A stretch of 64,000 bases of DNA from Candidatus Bathyarchaeum tardum (GCA_024650005.2 CP122380.1:1312001-1376000), one strand, 5' to 3'. Numbered from the stretch's first letter, positions 28,459 through 39,593 are shown. Translations and numbers: made by a program. The notes: a model not told the origin generated them from the letters alone.

Positions 28459-29541
28459 GTGAAAATGGTTGAAGATAAAATTGAGGAAGAAACTTATTCA
28501 CTGATTTTTACGTCGTTAAAACATCCCATACGAAGAAGAATTCTAAGAATGCTTGCAGACAAACCATTAACTTACTCTGAGATTCTAGAAATCCTCAACA
28601 TCGATAGCGGTCATCTAAGTTACCACCTAGAAAATCTAGGAGACCTAACAGTTCATTCCAACAACGGGCAATACCAGCTTTCCAGTTTTGGAAAAGCAGC
28701 AGTTAAGCTTATGGGAGGTGTTGAAGACCAAACACCCCCAAAGCATAAACAAAAAGCTAAACCAATACAAATCTTAAACAAAATTTACCCAATTATCTTG
28801 GCTTTAGCATTAATTAGTGCAAGTCTTCATCTTGTTAATTATACAACGAGAATTGAAACATTATCGACGTCTACTGCAAGCTCAAATTACTGGGTTTATG
28901 ATATTATTACGTTTAGGCTAATAAAAGATCAATCATTTACAATTTCTGCAAACATACAATATGAACAGGGACTGAAAGATAAGATACAATTTATGGGTGA
29001 AAATGATGCATGGCTGTTTTTTATACCTGAATTGCAAAACAGTCTTACGGGTTGGGATGAAACAACAATTTGGCTTGAAACAGAAACCAAAAAAGTTCCA
29101 TCTTGGCTGTATTTTGAACCCCCAGAAGAAATTTCAGTAAAAATTGATGGGGACCAAACATCAAATAAAGAATATAACACGACATTATTCCTAAGGCTCC
29201 CCATCAATGAAACAATAATGTTTAACGGTTCAGGGTTTGAATTTGAAATTTCGTCACCGGATGGGACAATTAAACGTGAATACTATCAAAAAGACATTAA
29301 TTCACTTGACATTAACAGTTTTCCTTCAGTAACAATCACTCAAGAAGGAACTTACACATTCAACATTACTAACCCAAACAATCTAGGTGACCAAAGTGGA
29401 GCTTTAACTTTAAACATTCAGATTGTGCATTTTGAGAAGCCTTACTTTTATTGGGGCGTAGCAGGCGCCATAATTGCAGCAGGATACATTGTTTTAGTCA
29501 CATTTACGAAAGCTGAATCAAAAAACAAATCACACAAATGA
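28459..29541 (+). CDS. Membrane-anchored ArsR-like wHTH transcription factor with extracytoplasmic domain
   Basis: IFTSLKHPIRRRILRML...LSYHLENL wHTH; TM IYPIILALALISASL; about 200-aa beta-rich loop; second TM YFYWGVAGAIIAAGYIVL. Confidence 0.85.
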   Translation: MKMVEDKIEEETYSLIFTSLKHPIRRRILRMLADKPLTYSEILEILNIDSGHLSYHLENLGDLTVHSNNGQYQLSSFGKAAVKLMGGVEDQTPPKHKQKAKPIQILNKIYPIILALALISASLHLVNYTTRIETLSTSTASSNYWVYDIITFRLIKDQSFTISANIQYEQGLKDKIQFMGENDAWLFFIPELQNSLTGWDETTIWLETETKKVPSWLYFEPPEEISVKIDGDQTSNKEYNTTLFLRLPINETIMFNGSGFEFEISSPDGTIKREYYQKDINSLDINSFPSVTITQEGTYTFNITNPNNLGDQSGALTLNIQIVHFEKPYFYWGVAGAIIAAGYIVLVTFTKAESKNKSHK

Positions 29542-29652
29542 AGAGTTTTTGCAAAATCGGTGTTTACTTTCACTTTTCTCTCCCCTTAGTGGGATGTCGT
29601 TTGGTGTTTGGGTTTTAAATGCTTTCAGAGACAACTTCAGTTTCGATTAGCA

Positions 29653-29811
29653 ATGGTTGCAATAAGTAAAGCAGTTGAAAGATGCAGAAACCCTTGGAAA
29701 ACAAACTGTACAAACACAGATATTGAAGTTTACATTTACTATAAAGATAGTAGTCGTCCAATATGTAGAAAATGTTGGGATAAAATTTCCGAGAAAGACA
29801 TCGAGTGGTAA
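29653..29811 (+). CDS. Small Cys-rich protein
   Basis: CRNPW..C...PICRKCW; ATG at 29653. Confidence 0.65.
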   Translation: MVAISKAVERCRNPWKTNCTNTDIEVYIYYKDSSRPICRKCWDKISEKDIEW

Positions 29812-30235
29812 AAAGAAAAAACCCCCTTGAAAATTTTTCTGAGCAACCAGAAAAAATGTTGTTGACTTGATTTCTTATTTTATTTTCTGTTTCTGTTTGT
29901 CGTCTGATTGTTTCTCACAAAAACATTAGTGACACACCTAAAAAAGATTCAAGCAAACGAAAGATTACTAAGCATAACGGAAAAAAAATCAACTAACTTT
30001 TGGACAAAAACTAGAAAATAGGTCTACTCTGGTTTTCAATATTCCAAAGATGCAGTTAAACATGAAAGCTGCCTTAAATGAAAAACGTGTAACAAAAAAT
30101 TAGTCGAGAATTTTTCAAACTAAAAAAATAGACTGAAACGAGTAATAGCTACAAATTGTTGCAAGGATAATTTTTCGTATTTTTGAAAAAATGTAATAAA
30201 CTGATTCTGTACTAGTATTTATTGAGGGAACAAGT

Positions 30236-30472
30236 TTGGAAAGCTATTTGTTACTTGAGTGTACCTCAGGAACCATCTGGAAAGTCGCAGAAGCCATACT
30301 GAAAATCGAAGGAATAAAAATGGCCCACGTAGTAACAGGCAACTACGATGTTATTGCCTTCGCAGAATGCTCAAACATCGACGAACTAACAAACATAATC
30401 CAAAAAGTGCAAGCCCTAAACGGGGTAGAAAAAACTCAAACAGCAGTTGCCATGCCTAAACAAGACATCTAA
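30236..30472 (+). CDS. Lrp/AsnC ligand-binding (RAM) domain protein
   Basis: AHVVTGNYDVIA...GVEKTQT. Confidence 0.88.
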   Translation: MESYLLLECTSGTIWKVAEAILKIEGIKMAHVVTGNYDVIAFAECSNIDELTNIIQKVQALNGVEKTQTAVAMPKQDI

Positions 30473-30663
30473 ACATCAGTCCCAAGCCAAAAATGTAACA
30501 CAAAATAAACGAGCGAAAAACTAAAAATTTCCCTTTTTTATTTTCCCTAACTCTTTTTTTATATCATTGTTTTTTTAACCGAAAAAAGTGAACCATATAT
30601 TGGAAATATATATCAGCATTACAGAAGTCTTAATAAATAATTTTTCAACATAAATTAGATTCA

Positions 30664-30843
30664 ATGGAGCATAAAGCAATGGAAAAAATTGTCACAATAG
30701 TAGTATGTCCAAACTGTGAAAAAGAAATGACAATCATTGCAGAAACAGAATTTGGAAAATGTTTAGAATGCTCTTCCTGCAAACAAAGATTTTTTGAACC
30801 AAAAGAAAACCCACATGAAATGCCCATTACACTCAACAGATAA
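30664..30843 (+). CDS. Small Zn-ribbon protein (not in the ORF track)
   Basis: MEHKAMEKIVTIVVCPNCEKEM...CLECSSCKQRFF; 59 aa, two CxxC motifs. Confidence 0.6.
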   Translation: MEHKAMEKIVTIVVCPNCEKEMTIIAETEFGKCLECSSCKQRFFEPKENPHEMPITLNR

Positions 30844-31365
30844 GAATAAAAACATGATTCTCTAAGATGAAATTGAACTATAACTCATATTTTATGTAAT
30901 AAAAAATGAGAATTCGATTTTTTTTAAAGCATATGAACAAAATAATCTAAATTAATTAGTCATCCCATTGAAGATACTAGCATGATTACTATAGTAATGA
31001 CAACAACTAAAAGTGTTAGTGTGGTTTTTCAGCACAGCACATTATTTAGAATTGAAAAGTAAACAGTATTTGTTGTTGTTCGGTCAATTTTTTTGTGTTG
31101 AACAACAACCCTGAATGTTTAATTTTCATGCAAATGTTATCAACAAATTTTCTGAACACATGAGTCTTTTCCCATAACAATCGCAGAGGAAAAAATGGCA
31201 ATGATTCATTGGAAACTGTTTCTTCAAGGATTAAAATGAATTGTTGATAATGTTCGCGTGGGAGGGTTTTACGCAGCCCTAAACGTTTCTCCTTTGTTTG
31301 TCGCATTTGTTTTGCCCAAATTTTAATTTGGTAAACTTGATCTTTAATATGGGTGCATATGCGAG

Positions 31366-32577
31366 ATGAATGTTTCTTCGAGAACGGGGTTTTTTGTTGC
31401 AGGAATATTGTGTGTCCTCTTGACAGTCAGTTTGGTTGCCGTGGTTGTGAATTATTGGGGGTTAGTTGATCAGATGGGCAATGAAATTTCGGCTCAAAAT
31501 GTTTTGATTGCAGATTTGAATATGAAAATCGCTGATGACAACCAAACAATCAGCATGTTAGAAGGTGAGGTTAAGATGCAGAAGGAGGAAATACAGAATC
31601 TGGTTTCAAACTTTTCTGACCAAATTGCTGAGATGGAAAATATTGTTTCTGAGGGGCAGGTTCAATTTGCAGTTTTTGAGGATCAAATTCAGAATCTTAA
31701 CGGTCAAATAGAGTCGTTAACGGGTCAAGCTAATGTGTTGGAAGATAAAATTTTTGAATATATTGAAATGTTTAGTTTGAATCGGTCACAGTTGCATACT
31801 CTTGTTTTTCATGTTTGTGAAAAAGATTGGATTCCAAACCCAGATATTAACGGCGCCTTCACTCAGCTTGTGGAGCTTTTCGGCAGTCAATATAATGTTC
31901 TTTTGCTTCCTGAGTTTCATGAGCAGCAGAATTGGACGCAGAAACTTTCATGGGTTCAAGAAAATTTCGGCGGGATTGACGGGATTCCTGTTATGCTAGA
32001 GGTGTTTGGGTCTGGAGAAAACACATTACCTGCTCCGATGCTTTCAGTTAACGAGATCGAGGAAGCCCTAGCTGTAGCTAATGTCAAGTATCTGAGGCTC
32101 TTTGAAGTAATTAGCTGGCACATAGAAAATAATCAACCATTTCCCGTAGAATATGTTGCAGAGATTCTCGAGTTTGCAGAAGAGAATGATTTGAAAGTTT
32201 TCTGGTCAGAGTGGAAAACTGATTCTCTACCCGATGTTGCAGTGTTCAATGCCATAGCCAACTATATCAATGGCTATGAAGATATTGTGACTGTTTCGTT
32301 TGGAACAAACTCAGGGGAGGCTAAACCTGGCGCTGGGTTCTTGCAACTTGATGAAATGTTCGTTCATTGGGGTGCTTCAGTCCAATCATGGTATTGGCAT
32401 ACTTACACTGGTGAGGACCCTGTTGATATGCCCCCCTCGCTGTTCGTGCAGCATACGTTGATAGCAAAATATGTTGGCGCCGAGCTGATTCAATTCGAGC
32501 CTTACTGGTATTTCTTTGATAACAACGGGCATCCAACAGAAAAATTAGAGTTGCTTCATGCAATGCTGGTTTGGTAA
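31366..32577 (+). CDS. Membrane-anchored protein with coiled-coil stalk and C-terminal globular domain
   Basis: N-terminal TM; about 100-aa heptad region; aromatic/acidic C-domain (RLFEVISW, FWSEW, QFEPYWYFF). Confidence 0.7.
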   Translation: MNVSSRTGFFVAGILCVLLTVSLVAVVVNYWGLVDQMGNEISAQNVLIADLNMKIADDNQTISMLEGEVKMQKEEIQNLVSNFSDQIAEMENIVSEGQVQFAVFEDQIQNLNGQIESLTGQANVLEDKIFEYIEMFSLNRSQLHTLVFHVCEKDWIPNPDINGAFTQLVELFGSQYNVLLLPEFHEQQNWTQKLSWVQENFGGIDGIPVMLEVFGSGENTLPAPMLSVNEIEEALAVANVKYLRLFEVISWHIENNQPFPVEYVAEILEFAEENDLKVFWSEWKTDSLPDVAVFNAIANYINGYEDIVTVSFGTNSGEAKPGAGFLQLDEMFVHWGASVQSWYWHTYTGEDPVDMPPSLFVQHTLIAKYVGAELIQFEPYWYFFDNNGHPTEKLELLHAMLVW

Positions 32578-32793
32578 CACCATCAGTTTATTGAATAAAC
32601 TTTGTGGTTACAAAGTAATCATTTTTTAGCTATAAAAACAGGCAGTAATCTGAACTATAGATAGGGCACAAGTCGCAATGGTAGATATTGAAACATGCAA
32701 CACAAAAAATGAGGATTACCCAAAGAGAAATGTTTAGTTTATGAACATGACAACTATTATGGATAGATGGTTTTGAAGATGCAATGCGTTTCA

Positions 32794-33051
32794 TTAATCT
32801 TCCTGTGAAGCAAAACGAAGCATTAACTCCTCTTTACTCACACCATCATTGACAAGCCCTAAAATTTTTGTTATATTCTTTAAGCAAGATTTACAAACAA
32901 CAAGTTCGTACCGAAGCAATAGTAATGTTTTAATTTGTTTACAGACAGGGCATAATCCCTTTGTGGTTCCAAGTAAAAGAGGCTCCTGCAAGCTATTTTT
33001 AACATTACCCTTTTCAACCAGAGCCCCTTTTGAATGTTCTAAATCACACAA
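32794..33051 (-). CDS. Hypothetical Zn-finger protein
   Basis: CPVC...VCKSC; divergent from the RHH gene. Confidence 0.45.
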   Translation of the reverse strand: MCDLEHSKGALVEKGNVKNSLQEPLLLGTTKGLCPVCKQIKTLLLLRYELVVCKSCLKNITKILGLVNDGVSKEELMLRFASQED

Positions 33052-33380
33052 CGCCTCTACCTCTTAAGCATCGTTTTTTGGTTTCATGAAAAGTCAACAT
33101 GATCATCCTTTTCTGGCAGACAAATAGTTACTTTTTGTCTGACAAGTATATATCTCTTTCTACAATGTTAAACCATTTTAGTTGCCGAAAAATGACAACA
33201 AAAAAATATTCTAAATCAACAGTCCAAATTCATTCATTATTTAAACTCAATCCACGGAAATTAAACACAAAAACTCGAACGGAAATAACCCCCAAACTCC
33301 AATTTCGAGGTTATCGATCAAGTTGGCTCCAGTTTAATCCAACCAACTTCAATCCCCTCGTTTAAAGGTGAAATTGAAAT

Positions 33381-33611
33381 TTGATTAACGAAAACAAAAA
33401 GAGGGAACGAATAACAATTAGGCTTACCGCAAGATACATGGAATTGTTAAATAAACTAACAGAACAAGGAGTTTATAACAGCCGAAACGAAGCTATACGA
33501 GCCGCTCTGAGATTACTCTACGAACACCACGAACTAAAAATATCCCCTACAAAAAATATGACTCAACACAAGTCACAACCAAATTACACATCTCGTAAAC
33601 ATCCCAATTAA
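33381..33611 (+). CDS. Ribbon-helix-helix (CopG/Arc/MetJ) regulator
   Basis: RITIRL...LNKLTEQGVYNSRNEAIRAALRLL. Confidence 0.85.
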   Translation: MINENKKRERITIRLTARYMELLNKLTEQGVYNSRNEAIRAALRLLYEHHELKISPTKNMTQHKSQPNYTSRKHPN

Positions 33612-33900
33612 TCTTAAGGCAGTAAAAACTGTTAGATGCACAGGCACTAATAGAACAGGTTTTGAGAACATCTCCACATGCAAATGTAAAAACATATTTT
33701 AGTAGATCGAGAATCAAATTTGCTAGAACAATTTAAAAGAATGCAGAAAATGACTTCATAAAATCCTTACAAAAAGGGGATGTTTCAATCCTTGTTTTGT
33801 TGAATTTCCTATTTTGACACGCGTTTTTGGCAGCTATTTTGGGCTACAATTATAAACCAATTAGTCTCTAGACTGATAATCAAAAAGGACGATTTAACCC

Positions 33901-35484
33901 GTGAGTACCTCATCAATCCTAGCCCAAAGTTCAGCCAAAAGTGGTCTTAATGTACTTTGGGGGCTGATATTTTCTTCAATAATAAGTGCAATTGGTACAG
34001 TAATTGTTGGGAACACTCTTGGTGACGAATTTGGTTTGATAGCAATTGCTCTTAGTGGTCCAACAATGATAACATACATCCGAGATTTGGGCATGGATCA
34101 GGCAATAATTAGACATACAACGCAATACCGAACCGAAAACAACATCGAAAAATTAAAGAACATAGTAATTGTTGGAACAAGTTTTGAAATTATACTTGGA
34201 ATAATTTTCACGGTGGTTTCCTTCTTTTTATCAGGGGTAATGGCAACATTACTGGAAAGACCAACAATAGTGCCCTTAATCCAAATTGCATCATTTACAA
34301 TATTAACAGGTGGCATTCTAAAAGCAGCCCAATCTGTGTTCATAGGCTATGAAAAAATGGAGTACCATAGTTTAACATTGGTAATTCAGTCAATTCTAAA
34401 AACTGCACTCATGGTGACGTTAGTTAATCTGAGTTTTGGACCTTACGGAGCAATTGTTGGACAAATACTTGGTTATAGTAGTGCCGCTTTGGTTGCTTTT
34501 GGACTTCTATATTTTATTGTTATAACAAAAATTCGGAAATTAAAAGGAAAAATACAATTTATTTCAACAATTAAATCCATGTTGACTTTTGGTTTGCCCC
34601 TTTCAATAGCTACAATTCTTGGTGGAATCTTAACTCAGTTTTTCATTTTTCTAACTGCAATTTACGTTAACGACGCGATGATGAGCAACTATTCGATGGC
34701 TCTAAACTTTGCGTCATTAGTAACCGTTTTTTCGGCATCTGTGTCTACGGTAATGTTTCCAACGTTTTCAAAAATTAAAGGATTATCAGACATGAAAACA
34801 TTACAACTTGTTTTTCAGTATTCCGTTAAATATACTTCACTTCTGATTATACCTTTGGCGTTTGCCGTAATCGCTTTGTCTATACCGGGAGTGGAAACCC
34901 TATTTCAAGATACTTATGAGTATACTCCACTGTTTTTGTCAATTTATTGCCTTTCTTTCATTTATGTTGCAGTTGGCAACCTTAGTGCAGGTTCTTTGAT
35001 AAGCAGTCAAGGAAAAACCCAAGTGAACATGAAAATTGCAATATTGACGTTCATTTTTGGCCTTTGTTTAGGTTTGGTTTTGATTCCATATTTTGGCGTC
35101 ATAGGCTTACTTGTATCTTACATATTTTCTGGTTTACCAGGGTTAATTTTAAGTTTAGTCTGGATAAAAAAACATTATGAGGCAACTATTGATTGGGTAT
35201 CATCAATTAAAATTGTATGCGTTTCAGCATTTTCAGCAACCATAACATATTTTGTAATTAATCAATTGAATCTTACTAGTTGGTTAGGATTAACCGTTGG
35301 AACACCCATTTTTCTCGGAATATATGTTGTTGTATCCCCAATGATAGGTGCAATAACGTATGGTGATACCAAAAACCTAAAAGATGCACTGAAAAATCTC
35401 GGTCCATTAGCGATTTTTATTGGTTTTCTGCTTTATCCTATAGAAAAAATTTCTAAAGCCAAACAGAAAAACAAAAACAATTAG
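33901..35484 (+). CDS. Polysaccharide/oligosaccharide flippase (Wzx/MOP family)
   Basis: About 14 TM helices; DLGMDQAIIR, FGLPL, MFPTFSK, LIPYFGVIG. Confidence 0.85.
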   Translation: MSTSSILAQSSAKSGLNVLWGLIFSSIISAIGTVIVGNTLGDEFGLIAIALSGPTMITYIRDLGMDQAIIRHTTQYRTENNIEKLKNIVIVGTSFEIILGIIFTVVSFFLSGVMATLLERPTIVPLIQIASFTILTGGILKAAQSVFIGYEKMEYHSLTLVIQSILKTALMVTLVNLSFGPYGAIVGQILGYSSAALVAFGLLYFIVITKIRKLKGKIQFISTIKSMLTFGLPLSIATILGGILTQFFIFLTAIYVNDAMMSNYSMALNFASLVTVFSASVSTVMFPTFSKIKGLSDMKTLQLVFQYSVKYTSLLIIPLAFAVIALSIPGVETLFQDTYEYTPLFLSIYCLSFIYVAVGNLSAGSLISSQGKTQVNMKIAILTFIFGLCLGLVLIPYFGVIGLLVSYIFSGLPGLILSLVWIKKHYEATIDWVSSIKIVCVSAFSATITYFVINQLNLTSWLGLTVGTPIFLGIYVVVSPMIGAITYGDTKNLKDALKNLGPLAIFIGFLLYPIEKISKAKQKNKNN

Positions 35485-35554
35485 GAAAATCTAATTTAAG
35501 CAATACCCCCTTTGTTTTAAGTTAATATCCTTTGTGAAGTTTGAGGTGAACTTT

Positions 35555-36661
35555 ATGGTTATTGTTTTGAATGACCCAAAAAAAGTCAAAGAAATTGATA
35601 AAAGTGATATGCTTGGTGATTTGGATAAAACTTCTGATTATTGTAAAGATGCCATTAAACAGGCACAAAAAGTAACTGTTGCCAAGAATGTTAAACCACA
35701 AAACATAGTTATTGTTGGAATGGGGGGTTCAGCAATAGGTGGAGAACTTCTCAAAGACTGGTTACGTGACACTCTTCCTATTTGTATCGACGTTTGTCGG
35801 GACTACACCCTTCCAGCTTACGTTAATGACAAAACCCTGATTATTGCAAATAGTTATTCAGGAAACACTGAAGAAACGTTAACTGCTTTTTTGTCTGCCA
35901 TACAAAAAAAATGTACAGTTGTTGCCGTAACTTCTGGTGGCCAATTAGGTGAATTCTGCAAAAAACTTCATCTACCTCACGTTTTGATACCGTCGGGTTT
36001 GCAGCCTCGGGCGGCTATTCCATACTTGTTTTTTCCAGTTGCAATTCTTTTACAAAAAATGGACATTTTATCAAATGTTGAAGATGAACTGGAAGAAGCC
36101 ATCAAAATTATTGAAGTAGTATCCAAAGAAAACAACGCAAATATCCCCATGAAAGATAACAAAGCAAAAACAATAGCTGAAAAGATACTGAACACTATTC
36201 CAGTTGTTTACGGGTTTAGGCAATACACTAGTGTAGCACATAGATTGAAGGCACAGTTTAATGAAAACAGTAAGGTTCCCAGTAAATCAGATAGTTTTCC
36301 CGAATTAAACCACAACGAAACCGTAGGTTATGATGCTCCAACAGAGTTGACCAAAAAATTGTCAGTTATTCTTATCAGAGACATTGATGAACCTTTAGAA
36401 ATAAAAAACAGGATAGAAACTACTGCTGAGCTGGTTCTCAAAAATGCCAATTCAATTTCAGAAATATATGCTAACGGTCAAAGCAAACTTGCAAAAATGT
36501 TTTCTGTTTTGTGTCTGAGCGATTACATAAGTGTTTATCTTGCAATTTTACAGAGTAAAGACCCAAGCCCCGTGAAAATAATTGACAAAGTAAAAGCTGA
36601 GTTAACCAAGAAAAACAGGATGAAAGAACATTTTGAAGCAGAGTTAGCTAAGTTGAAATGA
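35555..36661 (+). CDS. Bifunctional phosphoglucose/phosphomannose isomerase
   Basis: GMGGSAIGG, SYSGNTEET, QPRAA, QFNENSK, FPELNHNE. Confidence 0.93.
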   Translation: MVIVLNDPKKVKEIDKSDMLGDLDKTSDYCKDAIKQAQKVTVAKNVKPQNIVIVGMGGSAIGGELLKDWLRDTLPICIDVCRDYTLPAYVNDKTLIIANSYSGNTEETLTAFLSAIQKKCTVVAVTSGGQLGEFCKKLHLPHVLIPSGLQPRAAIPYLFFPVAILLQKMDILSNVEDELEEAIKIIEVVSKENNANIPMKDNKAKTIAEKILNTIPVVYGFRQYTSVAHRLKAQFNENSKVPSKSDSFPELNHNETVGYDAPTELTKKLSVILIRDIDEPLEIKNRIETTAELVLKNANSISEIYANGQSKLAKMFSVLCLSDYISVYLAILQSKDPSPVKIIDKVKAELTKKNRMKEHFEAELAKLK

Positions 36662-36724
36662 ACAGTTTTATGTCTGTAATACTGTAGGACTGTATATTCC
36701 CAATTATTTGCGGAGCGTATACAA

Positions 36725-38269
36725 ATGAAACCCCCAAAAGACAAATATGAAATTATAAGCGAGATGGGAAAACGCCGAGGATATTTCTGGCCATCCTACG
36801 AAATATACGGAGGTTCCGGCGGATTCATTACGTATGGTCCTCTTGGTGCATTACTTAAACGACGATTAGAAGAAAAATTTAGAAAATTCTATCTTCAACC
36901 TTCAGGCATTGTTGAAATTGACTCTCCAGTTATCACGCCTGCAAACGTTTTGGAGGCTTCTGGTCACGTAGAAAATTTCAAAGAACCCACAGTAGAATGT
37001 GGAAAATGCAAAAACAAGTTTCGGGCTGACCATCTGCTGCAAGAATTTGCGAACATGACTGACACCCAAACTGAAAAACTTACGCTTCAAAATGTGGTAA
37101 CTGAACTTGAAAACTACAAAATCAAATGCCCAGATTGTGGCGGAATTTTTAGCAAAGCGGAACAGATTATGACAATGTTCCAAACCACTATTGGTCCTTA
37201 TTCTGACTCTATTGGTTATGGTCGCCCAGAAGCCGCTCAAGGAATTTTTGTCGAGTTTAAACGAATTTTTGAAAGTTCCAGAAGCCGTTTGCCTTTAGGG
37301 GTTGCCCAGATAGGGAGGGCTCTTCGAAACGAAATTTCTCCAAGACAAGGTCCAGTGCGACTACGAGAATTTACAATAATTGACATTGAGTTCTTTTTAG
37401 ACCCTGAAGACAAAAAATGTCCCTTACTAAGTGAGGTAGAAGACGAGACATTGCGTTTTTTGCTCGCAGAAAACAAAGTTAAGAACATTACAGAGCCCAT
37501 AGAAATTACAATCAAAGATGCATTGGCTAAAGGAATCATCAAAGAAGAATGGTTAGCCTATTTTATGGCGCAGGCTAAACGTTTTCTTGTGGAAATGGGG
37601 GTTCCCGAGGACAAACAACGTTTCATTGAAAAACTCGATTATGAGCGTGCTCATTATTCTCAAGAAGGTTTCGACCAAGAAGTATATCTGGACAGGTGGG
37701 GCTGGACCGAAGTTTCAGGGCATAACTACCGAACAGATTTTGACCTAAGCAGACACATGCAAGCAAGTGGAGTAGACTTAACTGCTTTTAAAGAATCTGA
37801 AGACGGTGGACGACGCTTTATTCCTCATGTTATTGAGCCCAGTTTTGGTTTAGACCGTCTAGTTTATGTTGCTTTAGAATATGCATATGCAGACAAAAAC
37901 AAACGAAAAGTTTTGGGTCTGCCTCGTGACCTTTCTCCAATTCAAATTAGTGTTTTTCCGTTAGTAAACAAAGATGGCTTGCCTGAAAAAGCAGAAAAAG
38001 TTTATCGCATGCTCCTTGACGAAGGCTTTACTGTAAACAAAGACGTTTCAGGTTCCATTGGTCGACGATATGCCCGAGCTGACGAAGCTGGAACACTACT
38101 GGGATTAACTGTGGATTATGACACTGTAGAAAAGAATACTGTTACTTTGCGTGACCGGGACAGCTGGAAACAAGTATTAAGCAATCTTACTGAGCTGCCT
38201 GAATTGCTGCATGGTTATTTCCGCAACAAACTAAACTTTGAAGATTTAGGAAAAATAATTGAACACTAA
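36725..38269 (+). CDS. glyS: Glycine--tRNA ligase (alpha2 type)
   Basis: YEIYGG, RPEAAQG, RNEISPRQG..RLREF, PHVIEPSFG.DR, GSIGRRYARADE. Confidence 0.96.
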   Translation: MKPPKDKYEIISEMGKRRGYFWPSYEIYGGSGGFITYGPLGALLKRRLEEKFRKFYLQPSGIVEIDSPVITPANVLEASGHVENFKEPTVECGKCKNKFRADHLLQEFANMTDTQTEKLTLQNVVTELENYKIKCPDCGGIFSKAEQIMTMFQTTIGPYSDSIGYGRPEAAQGIFVEFKRIFESSRSRLPLGVAQIGRALRNEISPRQGPVRLREFTIIDIEFFLDPEDKKCPLLSEVEDETLRFLLAENKVKNITEPIEITIKDALAKGIIKEEWLAYFMAQAKRFLVEMGVPEDKQRFIEKLDYERAHYSQEGFDQEVYLDRWGWTEVSGHNYRTDFDLSRHMQASGVDLTAFKESEDGGRRFIPHVIEPSFGLDRLVYVALEYAYADKNKRKVLGLPRDLSPIQISVFPLVNKDGLPEKAEKVYRMLLDEGFTVNKDVSGSIGRRYARADEAGTLLGLTVDYDTVEKNTVTLRDRDSWKQVLSNLTELPELLHGYFRNKLNFEDLGKIIEH

Positions 38270-38358
38270 AAATGTTGTAGAACAGAAAAGCTAATTGTTT
38301 TTAAGAGACTCTCTCGTACTTAGATTTGTTTATAGCTTATTAGTTGTGGTGCGACAGA

Positions 38359-39018
38359 ATGGTATTTCCTGTAGAGACTGAAGAACGGGTAAAACGCAAG
38401 GCACTTGACGTTTCCAGAGACCATCTTAGAGAAGTAGTTGACATTTCACGCAAAATTTCTCAGCTAGTGTCATCATTTGTAAACGGCGATAAAGATTCAG
38501 TGAAACAGCTGTTTGAAGACATAAAAACTCGGCAACACAATGTTGATATTGCCCAACGCAACGTCTCACGAGAACTTGCGGAAATAGGCGCCATTTTGAT
38601 GAGCCGTGAAGACTTTTTGCGTTTCACTAACCTTTCAGGTAACATAGCCGATTATTGTGAAGGCATCGCTTTTCGTTTGCTTCAGATTATGGAGAAAGGC
38701 TGGAAAGTTCCAAACCAAATTAAAGATGACCTCGCAAAGCTTTCTGATGCAGTGTTTGATACCATCTTCAAACTACGAGAAACTGCAATGACGCTAAATT
38801 ATGGCACAAACAAGGCAATGGAAAAAGCCAGAGAAGTTGATGCCGCAGAAAGAATAGTTGATGATCTTTATCGTCAACTGGAAATAACCTTGATTGATAG
38901 CAAAATGGATTTTCCGTTAATGCTCTTATTATGGACTGTTGTTCAGCATTTGGAGGAAGCTGCAGATAAAGCCAAAGCTGCGTCTGATGCTGCGAGCATA
39001 CTGGCGCTCACAATTTAA
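38359..39018 (+). CDS. DUF47 / PhoU-like protein
   Basis: REDFLR, ERIVDDLYR, LEEAADK helical-bundle motifs. Confidence 0.8.
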   Translation: MVFPVETEERVKRKALDVSRDHLREVVDISRKISQLVSSFVNGDKDSVKQLFEDIKTRQHNVDIAQRNVSRELAEIGAILMSREDFLRFTNLSGNIADYCEGIAFRLLQIMEKGWKVPNQIKDDLAKLSDAVFDTIFKLRETAMTLNYGTNKAMEKAREVDAAERIVDDLYRQLEITLIDSKMDFPLMLLLWTVVQHLEEAADKAKAASDAASILALTI

Positions 39019-39032
39019 AATGTGACGTTTAT

Positions 39033-39593
39033 ATGCCAGAAAAGATTGAAACTGAACTGTTAGACAATTTTCTAATAGTCTGGAACCCAGAAGAAGGTTC
39101 CAATCTTTACAAAATGGGTTACTACGGCAAACCGGTGGGTATTGCTAAACCCAAAATTCCTGAATTTGATGTTCCCTTGATTCTTGATCTAATGGAAGGG
39201 GTTTATCTTCTTGAAACAAAAAAAATCAGTGTTGTCCATGGCGGACCTGAACACGCTCCAGTAAGTTTTTCTAAACTAAGAAAAAAAGCCCGAAAATTGT
39301 ATGAAGACTTTGAAGCAAAATATGCTGTTTACCGAGATTTACGGGGTCAAAAACTTATTGTCACGCCTGGAATGAAATTTGGTTGTGATTTTGCAGTTTA
39401 TCAACACGGTCCCGGAATAGACCATGCGCCATACATGATTACTGTGAGAAAAGCCAACGACGAAATTACAGCAACCGACGTAGTAAAAGCTGGACGATTA
39501 GCTACAACTGTAAGAAAACGGTTCATCGTAGCAATTCCAGATCTAGAAGCAGAAGATGTGCGTTACCTTATTTTCAAGTGGTTCAAAGCTTAG
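39033..39593 (+). CDS. endA: tRNA-intron endonuclease, catalytic subunit
   Basis: LDLMEGVYL, VYRDLR, GMKFGCDFAVY..GPGIDHAPY, RLATTVRK. Confidence 0.93.
   Translation: MPEKIETELLDNFLIVWNPEEGSNLYKMGYYGKPVGIAKPKIPEFDVPLILDLMEGVYLLETKKISVVHGGPEHAPVSFSKLRKKARKLYEDFEAKYAVYRDLRGQKLIVTPGMKFGCDFAVYQHGPGIDHAPYMITVRKANDEITATDVVKAGRLATTVRKRFIVAIPDLEAEDVRYLIFKWFKA

Noticed and set aside
30645-30836. 63-aa minus-strand ORF
   Set aside because: The plus-strand CxxC...CxxC ORF at 30664-30843 is the more plausible gene.
36725-38269. GlyRS appears shorter than many archaeal orthologs (little sequence between LTAFKE and FIPHVIEPS)
   Set aside because: All catalytic motifs are intact and this insertion region is known to vary; not evidence of a pseudogene.
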